Source: an uncultured Clostridia bacterium
Lineage (GTDB): Bacteria; Bacillota; Clostridia; Christensenellales; Aristaeellaceae
Assembly (NCBI GenBank): GCA_947166705.1
Contig: CAMVFE010000002.1
Location: forward strand, 5,695-69,694
Length of the DNA: 64,000 bases
Direction of reading: 5' to 3'
Part shown: piece after piece, positions 1-10,673 of the stretch
How positions within the stretch are numbered: position 1 is the first letter of the stretch
How the letters are laid out: every line of letters begins with the position of its first letter
Made by a program: the position numbers and the translations under genes
The notes under the pieces: model-generated
Told to the model about the DNA's origin: nothing
Seen by the model: only the letters and a program-made list of their open reading frames with translations
The model's database searches: none

Positions 1-1262
1 GCGAAGTTAAACCGCTTCCAGAACAGGCTCAGCAGCAGGGCGGGCCCGAAAGCGGCGCCGAAGACGCCCCACGCGTTGGAAACCAGGTTCATGATCGAAC
101 CGGCGTTGGGGTTGGACGCGATGACCAGCGCGACCGCCGAGATCGCCAGCACCACCAGCCGCCCGGTCCAGAGCATCTCCCGGTCCGACGCCTTGTTTTT
201 CCGCACCAGCGGTTTGTACACGTCGCTGGAGAAGGCGGAAGCCGCGGAGAGCAGCTGGCTGTCCGCTGTGGACATGGACGCCGCCAGGATCGCGCTGAGC
301 AGAATGCCGGAAATGATTCCGGGGAAAATCCGGCGCACCATGGTGATGAAAACCAGGCTCTCATTGAAGATCGTCTCATCGTAGCCGATCATCATCCGGC
401 CCAGGACGCCGACCAGCGTCGCGAAGGCGAGGATCAGCACGGTCCAGGTGATTCCGATCCGCGCGGATTTTTTCAGATCCTTCTGGCTCTTCACGGACAT
501 GAAGCGGATGATGATGTGGGGCATACCGAAATATCCCAGGCCCCACGCCAGGCCGGACAGCACATCCTGCCAGGAGGTGAAGAGGGTGAAATATTTCGGC
601 GTCTCCTCCAGCACCTCGCCGGTCGCCTCCGTCAGGCGGGACGCGGCAAAAATCGGCGCCACCAGCAGCGCGCCCAGCATCAGCATGCCCTGGAAGAAGT
701 CCGTCCAGCTGACCGCCGCGAAGCCGCCCAGGAAGGTGTAGCTGACGATGATCGCCGCCGCGATGTACATGGCGACCGTGGGATCCAGCCCGATCACGGT
801 GCTGAACAGGGTGCCCGCCGCCTTGATGCTGCTGGCCGCGTAGATCGTATACGCGACCAGGAAAATCACGGCGCAGATCACCTGCAGGCTGTAGGACCCG
901 GAGCGGAACCGCTTGGTCAGATACTGGGGAATGGTGATGGCGTCATCGGCCTTGATGGAGAAGGCGCGCAGCCTCGGCGCCTCAAAGATCCAGCTCAGCG
1001 CGTAGCCGATGGCCAGGCCGATCGCGATCCACACCTGTCCCAGCCCCAGGGCGTACACGGAGGCGGGTAGCCCCATCAGCACCCAGGCGCTCATGTCGGA
1101 GGCCCCGGCGCTCAGCGCGGAAACCCAGGCGCCCATTTTCCGGCCGCCCAGGAAATAATCCTTCTCTCCGCCGTTGCGGGTCTTCAGGAAAAAGTAGACC
1201 CCCACGCCGATCATCGCCAGCAGGTAGACGATGAATACAATCAATTCAGAAGTGCTTTTCAT
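1..1262 (-). CDS. putP: Sodium/proline symporter (SSS family), 3' end runs off window
   Basis: Not in ORF track. Manual translation from ATG at 1262 (RBS GGGAGG): MKSTSELIVFIVYLLAMIGVGVYFF...KDYFLGGRKMGAWVSALSAGASDMSAWVLMGLP, the PutP signature; later WGLGYFGMPHIIIRFM. Confidence 0.9.
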   Translation of the reverse strand, partial: MKSTSELIVFIVYLLAMIGVGVYFFLKTRNGGEKDYFLGGRKMGAWVSALSAGASDMSAWVLMGLPASVYALGLGQVWIAIGLAIGYALSWIFEAPRLRAFSIKADDAITIPQYLTKRFRSGSYSLQVICAVIFLVAYTIYAASSIKAAGTLFSTVIGLDPTVAMYIAAAIIVSYTFLGGFAAVSWTDFFQGMLMLGALLVAPIFAASRLTEATGEVLEETPKYFTLFTSWQDVLSGLAWGLGYFGMPHIIIRFMSVKSQKDLKKSARIGITWTVLILAFATLVGVLGRMMIGYDETIFNESLVFITMVRRIFPGIISGILLSAILAASMSTADSQLLSAASAFSSDVYKPLVRKNKASDREMLWTGRLVVLAISAVALVIASNPNAGSIMNLVSNAWGVFGAAFGPALLLSLFWKRFNF

Positions 1263-1379
1263 CAAAACGCCTCCCTGATTCAGAATACAGCGATTTTATC
1301 ACATTTTATCCGCCGCGGCGGATTTATACATTTTTTATACAATTTGATAATTATTTCGCCCGGCGCGGAACGGCCGGAA

Positions 1380-1408
1380 TTGCAAAAACCGGCGGGAGCG
1401 TCTACAAT
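1380..1408 (+). promoter_or_regulatory. Sigma-A-like promoter for yitT
   Basis: TTGCAA-17bp-TACAAT upstream of the 1444 start. Confidence 0.6.
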
Positions 1409-1443
1409 GGAGGAAGAATAAACCTCGGAACAGGGAGAGAAGC

Positions 1444-2304
1444 ATGAGCGGAAAGACGCGGAACAGCCTGAAGGAATGGAGCCTGGTGACCCTGGGGGTC
1501 GTCATCATGACGGTGGGGATTTACTTTTTTAAATTCCCGAACCATTTTTCCACGGGCGGCGTAACGGGCATCTCGATCGTCCTGGGACATTATATTCCCT
1601 CGATGACGCCGGCGACCTTCGTCTCCGTGATCAATATCGCGCTCCTGCTGGCCGGCTTTCTGGTGCTCGGGCGCAGCTTCGGCGTGCGCACGGCCTACGC
1701 CTCGCTGCTGATGTCCGGGCTTCTGAAGCTGCTGGAAGCGGTTCTCCCGATGGACAAACCCATGACCGGCCAGCCCCTGATGGAGCTCATGTTCGCGGTC
1801 GGGCTGCCCGCGGTGGGCTCCGCCCTGCTGTTCAACATGGACGCCTCCAGCGGCGGAACGGATATCGTGGCCATGATCCTGCGTAAATATACCTCCCTGA
1901 ACATCGGCATCGCGCTCCTGTGCAGCGACACGATCATCACCCTCTCCGCCTGCGCGGCCTTCGGCATGGAGACGGGGCTGTTCTCGCTGCTGGGGCTGAT
2001 CATCAAGTCCCTGTTTATCGACGTTGTGACGGACAACCTGCGGATCCAGAAATGCTTCCATATTATAACGTCCCATCCTGAGCCCCTGGAGGAATACATC
2101 ACCGGGGTGCTGCACCGCGGCGCCACGCGCCTGCACGGGGAGGGCGTCTACACCCACGACGGAAAAACCATCCTGCTGACCGCGGTCTCCCGGCATCAGG
2201 CGGTGCAGCTGCGGAATTTCATTCATCAGGAGGATCCGGGCGCGTTCCTGATCATCACGACCAGTACGGAAATCATCGGCAAGGGCTTCCGGGGCATGAA
2301 CTGA
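1444..2304 (+). CDS. YitT family membrane protein
   Basis: 286 aa; GGVTGI and SSGGTDIVA motifs; C-terminal DUF2179-like 'RGAT...GEG.YT...DP.AF...EIIGKGF'. Confidence 0.88.
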   Translation: MSGKTRNSLKEWSLVTLGVVIMTVGIYFFKFPNHFSTGGVTGISIVLGHYIPSMTPATFVSVINIALLLAGFLVLGRSFGVRTAYASLLMSGLLKLLEAVLPMDKPMTGQPLMELMFAVGLPAVGSALLFNMDASSGGTDIVAMILRKYTSLNIGIALLCSDTIITLSACAAFGMETGLFSLLGLIIKSLFIDVVTDNLRIQKCFHIITSHPEPLEEYITGVLHRGATRLHGEGVYTHDGKTILLTAVSRHQAVQLRNFIHQEDPGAFLIITTSTEIIGKGFRGMN

Positions 2305-2470
2305 GGGTCCCCGGCAGCGCTTCGGGAGGCGCCGGAAAGAACAAAGAAAAAACAGAAGAGGAGTCTTTGGGGATTGCGAAACGGTTCCAAAACCAATATC
2401 ATAGATTTATAGTACCACTTTATATTCAGATTTTCGGCGTGGTATTTAACAACTTTTTTGGAGAGAACAG

Positions 2471-3397
2471 ATGAACGCCCGCTTTCTTTCGTATCTGGTC
2501 AAGCGCCTGCTGATGGCTTTGCTGACGATCTTTCTCGTCATTGCCATCACCTTTTTTGTCATGCACGCGATTCCCGCCTCCCCCTTCTCTTCCGAGAAGG
2601 CCAAGAGCGATGCGGTCATCGCCGCGCTGGAGGCGAAATACGGCTTTGACAAGCCGGTGGTCGTACAGTTCTGGAATTATCTGAAGAATATCGCCCACGG
2701 GGATTTCGGCCTCTCCACCGGATGGATCGGGAATACCGTCATCGACCTGATTCTCGGCGGATTCTCCTATTCGGCCCGGATCGGCTTTACGGCGGGATTC
2801 CTGGCGATTATCTTCGGCGTGGTGCTGGGCTCTGTCGCCGCGCTTCGCCGGGGGAAGTTCCTGGATAAGCTGATTCAGGTGACGACCACGGCGCTGGTTT
2901 CGATGCCTTCCTTTGTCATGGCGACTATCCTGCTGCTGGTTTTCGCGCTGCAGCTGAACTGGTTCCCTTCCCTGGGCAACCAGCCGGGAGGCCTCTTCCT
3001 GCCGGTCGTATCGCTGATGCTGTATCCCATGGCCTACGTGACCAAGCTGCAGCGGTCCTCCATGCTGGACGTGCTGGGTCAGGATTACATCCGCACGGCC
3101 CGCGCCAAGGGCGTCCGGAACAGCCGCGTCATCTTCAAGCACGCGCTGAAAAATACCCTGACGCCGGTAATCACCTACGCCGGGCCTATGATGGCCTACA
3201 TTCTGACCGGCTCCATGGTGGTGGAGAACATCTTCTCCGTGCCGGGGCTGGGGCGGCTGTTCACCAACAGCATGCTTCGGACGGATTATATGATGATCAT
3301 GGGCGTAACGATCTTCCTGGCCACCATGATCATCCTGATGAACTTTATCGGGGACATCCTCTACAAGGTCGTGGATCCCCGCATCGACCTGGGCTGA
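2471..3397 (+). CDS. oppB: Oligopeptide ABC permease
   Basis: YLVKRLL...GDFGLS...DYIRTARAKG...VDPRI. Confidence 0.92.
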   Translation: MNARFLSYLVKRLLMALLTIFLVIAITFFVMHAIPASPFSSEKAKSDAVIAALEAKYGFDKPVVVQFWNYLKNIAHGDFGLSTGWIGNTVIDLILGGFSYSARIGFTAGFLAIIFGVVLGSVAALRRGKFLDKLIQVTTTALVSMPSFVMATILLLVFALQLNWFPSLGNQPGGLFLPVVSLMLYPMAYVTKLQRSSMLDVLGQDYIRTARAKGVRNSRVIFKHALKNTLTPVITYAGPMMAYILTGSMVVENIFSVPGLGRLFTNSMLRTDYMMIMGVTIFLATMIILMNFIGDILYKVVDPRIDLG

Positions 3398-3426
3398 TTC
3401 ATTCTGAAAGAAATGAGTTGTGAAAG

Positions 3427-4467
3427 ATGGCTGACAAGAAATTCAAGAACCCGTTGAGCCTGCAGATCGACCCCGGGCTGTTTGAGAAGGCCACGGATGA
3501 GGAAAAGGCGCAGCAGGTGACCATGCGGGAATCCGTTTCCTTCATGCGGGACGCCATGCGCCGCCTGCGGAAGAACCGGATCGCCATGCTCTCCCTGGTG
3601 ATTATTGTCCTGATCGCCCTGATCGCGTTTATCGTGCCGGAATTCTATCCCTATACCTACACCAAGCAGGATGTAACCGCGCAGAACCTCGCTCCCTTCC
3701 GGTATTCCGCGAAGGAGCAGATGAAAATCGACAAGGGGCAGTCCGTTTTCCCGCACATCATGGGCACGGACAACCTGGGCCGGGACTATGCGATCCGCGT
3801 AATCTACGGAACCCGGATCTCGCTGCTGGTCGGCATTTTCTCCGCGCTGATCGTGGTGGTCATCGGCATCATCTACGGCTCCATCTCCGGCTATTTCGGC
3901 GGGAAGGTGGATATGGTGATGATGCGGATCGTGGATATCATCTATTCCCTGCCGGACGTGCTGATCGTGATCCTGCTCTCCGTGGCCATCAAGGACTGGG
4001 TAGCGACCTCGAAGAGCGCGCTGATTGCGCGCCTGGGCGCCGGCATGGTCAGCATCTTCGTCGTGTTCGGCCTGCTGTACTGGGTCAGCATGGCGCGGCA
4101 GGTCCGCGGGCAGATCCTGTCCATCAAGGAGCAGGAATACGTTCTGGCCTCCAAGGCCATCGGCGCCGGCCCCGCCCGGATCATCCGCAAGCATATGATT
4201 CCCAACTGCGTCTCCGTGATCATCATCATCGCGGCGATGCAAATCCCCAGTGCGATCTTCACCGAGAGCTTCCTGAGCTTCCTGGGGCTGGGCGTTTCGA
4301 TTCCCATGCCCTCGCTGGGCTCCCTGGCCTCGGACGCGAGGACCGCGCTGCGCAGCTATCCCTACCAGCTGATTTTCCCGGCGCTGGCCATCTTCCTGAT
4401 CGTGCTGTCCTTCAACCTGCTGGGCAACGGTCTGCGGGACGCCTTCGATCCCAAGCTGCGGAACTGA
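3427..4467 (+). CDS. oppC: Oligopeptide ABC permease
   Basis: MGTDNLGRD...GTRISL...EYVLASKAIGA...ESFLSFLGLG...LRDAFDPK. Confidence 0.92.
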   Translation: MADKKFKNPLSLQIDPGLFEKATDEEKAQQVTMRESVSFMRDAMRRLRKNRIAMLSLVIIVLIALIAFIVPEFYPYTYTKQDVTAQNLAPFRYSAKEQMKIDKGQSVFPHIMGTDNLGRDYAIRVIYGTRISLLVGIFSALIVVVIGIIYGSISGYFGGKVDMVMMRIVDIIYSLPDVLIVILLSVAIKDWVATSKSALIARLGAGMVSIFVVFGLLYWVSMARQVRGQILSIKEQEYVLASKAIGAGPARIIRKHMIPNCVSVIIIIAAMQIPSAIFTESFLSFLGLGVSIPMPSLGSLASDARTALRSYPYQLIFPALAIFLIVLSFNLLGNGLRDAFDPKLRN

Positions 4468-4483
4468 AAGGAGGAAGAAACAG

Positions 4484-5491
4484 ATGAGTCTGCTTGAAGT
4501 CAGGGATCTGCACACTTCCTTCTTTACCCCGGCGGGCGAGGTGAAGGCGGTGAACGGCCTTTCCTTCTCCCTGGAGAAGGGAAAGGTGCTGGGCATCGTG
4601 GGCGAAAGCGGATCCGGAAAATCCGTCACGGCCTACTCCATTCTCCAGATTCTCACCCATCCCGGCCGCATCGTATCCGGCTCCATCCGCTTCCACGGGG
4701 AGGAGCTGGTCGGCAAAAGCGACGAGGAAATGCGGAAGATCCGCGGAAACAAGATCAGCATCATTTTCCAGGACCCCATGACGTCCCTGAACCCGACCTT
4801 TACCATCGGGAACCAGCTCTGCGAAGCGATCGAGATGCATACCGACCGGAACCGTGAACAGTCCAGGGCCCGGGCGGTGGAAATGCTGAAGCTGGTCGGC
4901 ATCTCCGAGCCGGAGAAGCGCCTGAAGCAGTACGCCTACGAGCTTTCCGGCGGCATGCGCCAGCGGGTGATGATTGCCATGGCGCTGGCCTGCGAGCCGG
5001 ATATTCTGATCGCGGATGAGCCGACCACCGCGCTGGATGTAACCATCCAGGCCCAGATTCTCGAGCTGATGATGAAGCTGCAGAAGGAGCTGGGAATGGC
5101 CATCATGATGATCACCCATGACATGGGCGTGATCGCCTCCGTCTGCGACGAGGTCATTGTCATGTACGCCGGCGGCGTCTGTGAGCGGGGCACGACGGAC
5201 GCGATTTTCTATAACCCGCGGCACGAGTATACCCGCGGACTGATGCGGTCCATTCCGGATATGAGCGACGATGAGAAAACGCCGCTGATTCCGATTACCG
5301 GCACGCCGATCGACCTGCTGCACATGCCGCCGGGATGCCCGTTCGCGCCGCGGTGCGAACAGGCGATGAAGATCTGCCTGCAGGAAAAGCCGAAGGAATA
5401 CTGGGTCGGGCGGGATCATCTTTCCGCCTGCTGGATGAACGTGAAGGACGGCATCTGCTGTACGGAGCGCCCGGAAGAGGAGGAAAGCTGA
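4484..5491 (+). CDS. oppD: Oligopeptide ABC ATPase
   Basis: [36 protein letters not shown]-terminal GCPFAPRC. Confidence 0.93.
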   Translation: MSLLEVRDLHTSFFTPAGEVKAVNGLSFSLEKGKVLGIVGESGSGKSVTAYSILQILTHPGRIVSGSIRFHGEELVGKSDEEMRKIRGNKISIIFQDPMTSLNPTFTIGNQLCEAIEMHTDRNREQSRARAVEMLKLVGISEPEKRLKQYAYELSGGMRQRVMIAMALACEPDILIADEPTTALDVTIQAQILELMMKLQKELGMAIMMITHDMGVIASVCDEVIVMYAGGVCERGTTDAIFYNPRHEYTRGLMRSIPDMSDDEKTPLIPITGTPIDLLHMPPGCPFAPRCEQAMKICLQEKPKEYWVGRDHLSACWMNVKDGICCTERPEEEES

Positions 5492-6480
5492 TGGAACGGA
5501 ATCAGGCCGGAAAGCCGGCTTCGGAATACCTGGTTCAGGTCAGTCATCTGAAGCAGTATTTTCCTGTTTCCACGGGCTTCCTGAAAACCACGATGCTCAA
5601 GGCGGTGGATGACGTCTCCTTCGGGATCCGCAGGGGGGAAACCCTCGGGCTGGTCGGGGAGAGCGGCTGCGGCAAGACCACGGTCGGCCGGACGCTGCTG
5701 CACCTGTATACCCCCACGGAGGGTGAAATCTGGTTTGACGGGGAAAAAATCGGCAGCAGGGAATCCCTGAAGAATTTCCGGAAGCGCGCGCAGATGGTGT
5801 TCCAGGATCCCTATTCCTCGCTGAACCCCCGGATGACGGTGGCGGATATCGTGGCGGAGCCGATCGATGTCCATAAGCTGTGCGCCGGGCGCGAGGCCCG
5901 GGAAGCGCGGATCCGGGAGCTGATGACGCTCGTGGGGCTGAACACGGAGCACGCCACCCGCTACGCCCATGAGTTCTCCGGCGGCCAGAGGCAGCGGATC
6001 GGCATCGCCCGGGCGCTGGCCTCCAATCCGGAATTCATTGTCTGCGACGAGCCCGTGTCCGCGCTGGATGTGTCCATTCAGGCCCAGGTGATCAACATGC
6101 TGGAAGAGCTGCAGGAGCGGCTGGGCCTGACCTACCTGTTCATTGCCCACGACATCAGCGTCGTGAAGCATATTTCCAACCGGATCGCGGTGATGTACCT
6201 GGGGCATATGATGGAGCTGGCCTCCGCCAACGAACTGACGGGACACCCGCTGCATCCCTACACCGTTTCCCTGATGAGCGCCGTTCCGATTCCGGATCCG
6301 AAGGAGAGCCGGAAACAGCAGCGCATCGTGCTGGAAGGCGATGTGCCCAGCCCCCTGAAGGTGCCGAGCGGATGTCCCTTCAGGACCCGCTGCAGCCGCG
6401 CGACGAAGGAGTGCGCGGAGCGCTGCCCGGAAATGCGGGAGGCGTCTCCGGATCACTTTGTGGCCTGTCACCACCTCTGA
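5491..6480 (+). CDS. oppF: Oligopeptide ABC ATPase
   Basis: Start reassigned to ATG 5491 (TGATG overlap, RBS GAGGAGG); [24 protein letters not shown]. Confidence 0.93.
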   Translation: MERNQAGKPASEYLVQVSHLKQYFPVSTGFLKTTMLKAVDDVSFGIRRGETLGLVGESGCGKTTVGRTLLHLYTPTEGEIWFDGEKIGSRESLKNFRKRAQMVFQDPYSSLNPRMTVADIVAEPIDVHKLCAGREAREARIRELMTLVGLNTEHATRYAHEFSGGQRQRIGIARALASNPEFIVCDEPVSALDVSIQAQVINMLEELQERLGLTYLFIAHDISVVKHISNRIAVMYLGHMMELASANELTGHPLHPYTVSLMSAVPIPDPKESRKQQRIVLEGDVPSPLKVPSGCPFRTRCSRATKECAERCPEMREASPDHFVACHHL

Positions 6481-6536
6481 TTCTTCTGCGTTTGCGCCGA
6501 AAGGTGTAAATAAATATTTTTCAAGGAGGAAAACCC

Positions 6537-8306
6537 ATGAAAAAGATCGTTGCTCTCGTGCTGGCCCTGGCGATGACCCTGAGCCTGGTGTCTTTCGCTT
6601 CCGCGGAAGGCGGCAAGGTGATCAGCCTGTTCCTGGGCGGCGGCACCCCCCTGTCCATGGATCCCGCGCTGAACAGCGCCTCCGCCGGATCCAACATCAT
6701 CCGCTCCGCTTTCGCGGGCCTGATGGGCTATCAGCTGAATGATGCCGGCGAGCCCGAGATGAAGCCCGAGCTGGCGGAAACCGTTGAGCTTTCCGAGGAC
6801 AACCTGACCTACACCTTCACCCTGCGTGAAGGCCTGAAGTGGTCCGACGGCACGGACGCCACCGCTTCCCAGATCAAGGCTTCCTGGGAGCGCGCCGCCT
6901 CCGCCGAGCTGGGCGCGGACTACGGCTTCCTGTATGACGTGATCAGCCGGAAGGAAGACGGCACCCTGGATATCGACGTGGACGACGCGGCCCGTACCTT
7001 CGTGGTGCATCTGCCCCAGCCCTGCGCCTATTTCCTGGATCTGTGCGCCTTTGTTCCCTTCTACCCGGTGCGGGTGGATCTGGCGGACAACGAGGGCATC
7101 TGGGCCACCAAGCCCGAAACCTTCATCGGCCTGGGCGCCTTCACCATGACGGAGTATTCCGTGGATGACAAGATCACCTTCGTGAAGAACCCCTATTACT
7201 GGAACGCGGAGAATGTCAAGCTGGACGGCCTGACCTTCTATCTGTCCGAGGACAACACCGCCATCCTGACGGCCTATGAAAACAACACCGTGGACTACAT
7301 CCAGTCCATCTCCTCCTCCGAGTACGACCGTCTGAACGCGACCTACCCGGGCGAACTGGAGTTCTATCCGACCCAGGGCACCTGGTACATCCTGTTCAAC
7401 GTCTACAAGGATCTGAGCCCCGCCGCCAAGCAGCTGACCGTGCAGGAGCAGAGCAAGGCCCGCTTCGCGCTGGGACAGCTGGTCAACCGCTATGAAGTGG
7501 TGACCTACGTGACCAAGGGCGGCGAGAAGGCCGCGACCGGATTCTATCCGATCGGCCTGGCGGACGGCGCCAATCAGGATGTCCGCAGCGCGGAAGGCTA
7601 CGGCACCTGGTACACTGGAACCAATGAGCCCTCCGAAGTGAACCCCGACCTGACCGTGGACCAGGTGGAAGCCCTGCAGACCCTGATCGACCTGGGCTAT
7701 CCCTGCACCGGCTCCATCGAGGGCGGCGACCTGAAGTTCACCGACTTCCCCTCCATCGAGTTCGCCTTCAACAACAGCGGCAACAACGCCGCCATCATCC
7801 AGTACGTGCAGGAGACCTGGAACCGGTTCGGCATCACCGGCACCGTCAACCAGGAAGCCTGGGCGACCCTGCAGTCCAAGCTGAAGGCCGGCGACGCGGA
7901 AGCCGCCCGTATGGGATGGGTTTCCGACTTCAACGACGTCGTGAACTTCCTGGAGATCTTCATCTCCGCTTCCGGCAACAACTATCCGCGGCTGGGCCGT
8001 GACATCGGCGATTACACCCGCAACAGCGAAGTGACCAAGGATGCCGGCGTGGGCGCCTACTGGGGAGAAAACGGCGACCAGACCTGGGCGGAAGCCTATG
8101 ACGCCGTGGTCGACGCGGTGAAGGCCGCGACCGATCCCATCGAGCGCTCCAAGCTGGCGGCGGATGCCGAGCGCATCCTGATGTCCACCGGCGGCGTGAA
8201 CCCGATCTACTTCTACACCACGCCCCAGATGAAGAAGCCCAACGTCAAGAACGTGATCCGTCTGGCCGGCGGCGACGTCATCTGGACCTACGCGGACAAG
8301 GAATGA
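6537..8306 (+). CDS. oppA: Oligopeptide ABC solute-binding protein (SBP_bac_5)
   Basis: SMDPA...YTFTLREGLKWSDG...KNPYYW; signal peptide ends FASA, no Cys. Confidence 0.9.
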   Translation: MKKIVALVLALAMTLSLVSFASAEGGKVISLFLGGGTPLSMDPALNSASAGSNIIRSAFAGLMGYQLNDAGEPEMKPELAETVELSEDNLTYTFTLREGLKWSDGTDATASQIKASWERAASAELGADYGFLYDVISRKEDGTLDIDVDDAARTFVVHLPQPCAYFLDLCAFVPFYPVRVDLADNEGIWATKPETFIGLGAFTMTEYSVDDKITFVKNPYYWNAENVKLDGLTFYLSEDNTAILTAYENNTVDYIQSISSSEYDRLNATYPGELEFYPTQGTWYILFNVYKDLSPAAKQLTVQEQSKARFALGQLVNRYEVVTYVTKGGEKAATGFYPIGLADGANQDVRSAEGYGTWYTGTNEPSEVNPDLTVDQVEALQTLIDLGYPCTGSIEGGDLKFTDFPSIEFAFNNSGNNAAIIQYVQETWNRFGITGTVNQEAWATLQSKLKAGDAEAARMGWVSDFNDVVNFLEIFISASGNNYPRLGRDIGDYTRNSEVTKDAGVGAYWGENGDQTWAEAYDAVVDAVKAATDPIERSKLAADAERILMSTGGVNPIYFYTTPQMKKPNVKNVIRLAGGDVIWTYADKE

Positions 8307-8396
8307 GCATCGGTCCGGAACGTGTGACCTGAGTTCCCGCGTACCTTTCCGGCCCTTACGTGATAAGGCCCGGAAGGCACAGGAACAGTTATCCGG

Positions 8397-8426
8397 GGAG
8401 CCTCCTCTGACGGGGAGGCTCCTTTT
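8397..8426 (+). terminator. Intrinsic terminator after oppA
   Basis: GGAGCCTCCTC-tgac-GGGGAGGCTCC followed by TTTT. Confidence 0.8.
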
Positions 8427-8619
8427 CTGTTGTCCAAAAATTGTTTTTTTTATGTTTTTTTCAGACGGAAATATGGTTCCCGTGTTCGCGCATGATATAA
8501 TATGAAAACCCGCCGGGCGGACATCCGCGGATGCCCGCTTTCGCCGGCTGTTCTTTTTGCTTCATTCTGCTTTCCTGCGGGAAAGCAGTGAAGAATATAA
8601 TAAAATGGAGGGATTCCGT

Positions 8620-10569
8620 ATGAAAAAGTTCCTTGCCTCCGTTTTGGCCCTGGCCCTCGTGCTGAGCTGCATGAGCTTCGCCGTAGCCGAAAACGCGGCA
8701 CCCGACACCTATTCGATGATCGACACATTCGACATCACCACGCTGGACTATGTTTACAATAACAAGTCCTCCAACGGTGACTATACGTGCAACTTTATCG
8801 AAGGCCTGCTGACCCAGGATCCGCACGGCAAGCTCGTCGCCGGCATGGCCAAGGAGTGGAGCCACAATGAAGACGCTTCCGAGTGGACCTTCGTGATCCG
8901 TGACGACGCGGTGTGGTCCACCAACGAAGGCGAAGTGTACGACAACGTGAAGGCGGAAGACTTTGTGACCGGCCTGCAGCACGCGGTGGCCACCCAGTCC
9001 GAAACCCTGGCCCTGGTCGAGAACCTGATCGTCGGCCTGAAGGAATACATTGAAGGCACCGGCACCTGGGACGACGTCGGCGTCAAGGCTGACGGCAACA
9101 CCCTGACCTACACCCTGACCCAGGGCTGCGGCTACTTCGACGGCATGACCACCTATTCCATCCTGTACCCGATCAACGCTGAGTTCCTGGAATCCAAGGG
9201 CAGCGATTTCGGCGCGGTGGACGCTTCCAGCATCCTGTACAACGGCGCCTACATCCTGAGCTCCCTGGTTTCCGCCCAGGAAGTCCGCTTTGACGCGAAC
9301 CCCAACTACTATGACAAGGACAATGTGCACGTGCAGCACGTGGTCGTGTCCTACACCGACGCCAGCGATCCCGCCCAGAACTTCAACATGTTCGTGAACG
9401 GCGAAGTGACCGCCACCAGAATCAACTCCAGCCTGCCGGACGTGGTCAAGAAGGCGGACGAGCTGTATGCCAACAACCAGTACAAGAACATGACCACCGC
9501 GACCTCCTTCTGGGGCGCCTTCAACTTCGACCGTCAGGCCTACGCGCTGTACAACGATCCTTCCGTGGTGACCACCACCAAGGATGACGTGCAGAAGGCT
9601 GACACCAAGGCGGCGATCCTGAACAAGTATTTCCGCCTGGCTGTATATGCTGCGTATTCCACCAAGGCGACCCAGGCGATCGTCATGGGCGAGGAGCGCG
9701 CTCTGGACGCGGCCCGCAACACCCTGGTTCCCTACACCTTCGCCACCACTTCCGACGGACGGACCTACGGCTCCATCCTGACCAAGTATGTGGAAGAGAT
9801 GGAACCCGCCTTCGCCGGTATCGACCTGAACGACGGCCAGGATGCCTGGTACAACCCCGAGCGCGCCAAGGCCTTTGCGGAGAAGGCCAAGGAAGAGCTG
9901 GGCGACAAGGTCAGCGCCTGGCCTGTCATCCTGGACTACCCGGTGTTCGCCTCCAACGAGAACAACAAGAACACGGCTCTGGCCATGAAGAAGTCCATTG
10001 AGGACGCCATCGGCGACTATGTGAGCGTCAACCTGGTGTACCTGGAGGGCAACTCTTCCACCTACTATTCCGCATTCTACAGCATCTCCACCGGTGAGGA
10101 GAACTCCATCGACTTCGCCTTCGGCGCCGGCTGGGGCCCCGACTACGGCGATCCGCTGACCTACATCAACTGCTACAACGTCAACAACGGCGACATGCTG
10201 AACTACTCCGGCCTGAACCTGGCCAACGAAACCGAGAGCGAATCCGGCAAGGCGGCCAAGGAAGCCATCGGCCTGTATGAGGTTCAGAAGGTCATGGACG
10301 AAGCCATCGCGGCGGTGGGCGACGAGCGCATCGAGCTGTTCGCCAAGTGCGAAGCCATGCTGCTGACGGGCGGTATCCTGCGGCCCTATGCCACCAGCGG
10401 CGCGGACCTGATGGTCAGCAAGGTGGTTCCCTTCACCGCCGGTTACGGCCTGTACGGCCAGGCTTCCTACAACAGGGTTCCGTACTTCAAGTACATGGAG
10501 CTGCAGAACGAGCCTGTGACCACCGAGCAGTACGAAGCGGCCAAGGAAGCCTGGCTGGCGGGCGAATAA
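8620..10569 (+). CDS. Oligopeptide-binding protein, AmiA/AliA-like
   Basis: Start at ATG 8620 (RBS GGAGG); TLDY, EGLL, VKAEDFV.GLQHA, LYNGAYIL, GWGPDYGDP typical of the Ami/Ali subfamily. Confidence 0.85.
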   Translation: MKKFLASVLALALVLSCMSFAVAENAAPDTYSMIDTFDITTLDYVYNNKSSNGDYTCNFIEGLLTQDPHGKLVAGMAKEWSHNEDASEWTFVIRDDAVWSTNEGEVYDNVKAEDFVTGLQHAVATQSETLALVENLIVGLKEYIEGTGTWDDVGVKADGNTLTYTLTQGCGYFDGMTTYSILYPINAEFLESKGSDFGAVDASSILYNGAYILSSLVSAQEVRFDANPNYYDKDNVHVQHVVVSYTDASDPAQNFNMFVNGEVTATRINSSLPDVVKKADELYANNQYKNMTTATSFWGAFNFDRQAYALYNDPSVVTTTKDDVQKADTKAAILNKYFRLAVYAAYSTKATQAIVMGEERALDAARNTLVPYTFATTSDGRTYGSILTKYVEEMEPAFAGIDLNDGQDAWYNPERAKAFAEKAKEELGDKVSAWPVILDYPVFASNENNKNTALAMKKSIEDAIGDYVSVNLVYLEGNSSTYYSAFYSISTGEENSIDFAFGAGWGPDYGDPLTYINCYNVNNGDMLNYSGLNLANETESESGKAAKEAIGLYEVQKVMDEAIAAVGDERIELFAKCEAMLLTGGILRPYATSGADLMVSKVVPFTAGYGLYGQASYNRVPYFKYMELQNEPVTTEQYEAAKEAWLAGE

Positions 10570-10613
10570 TGCTCCCGCTGCCGGCATGAACCGGTAAACT
10601 CTGTCAAATTAAG

Positions 10614-10647
10614 GCGGAAGCCGGATGAGCAATCACCCGGCTTCCGC
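10614..10647 (+). other. Intergenic stem-loop between SBP and permease
   Basis: GCGGAAGCCGG...CCGGCTTCCGC; no U-tract, typical mRNA-stabilising hairpin. Confidence 0.55.
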
Positions 10648-10673
10648 TGTACTCATGAGGAAGGTTTTCACAC

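Noticed and set aside
8315-8396. Hairpin as SRP RNA or tRNA
   Set aside because: No SRP domain IV consensus and no cloverleaf or T-loop
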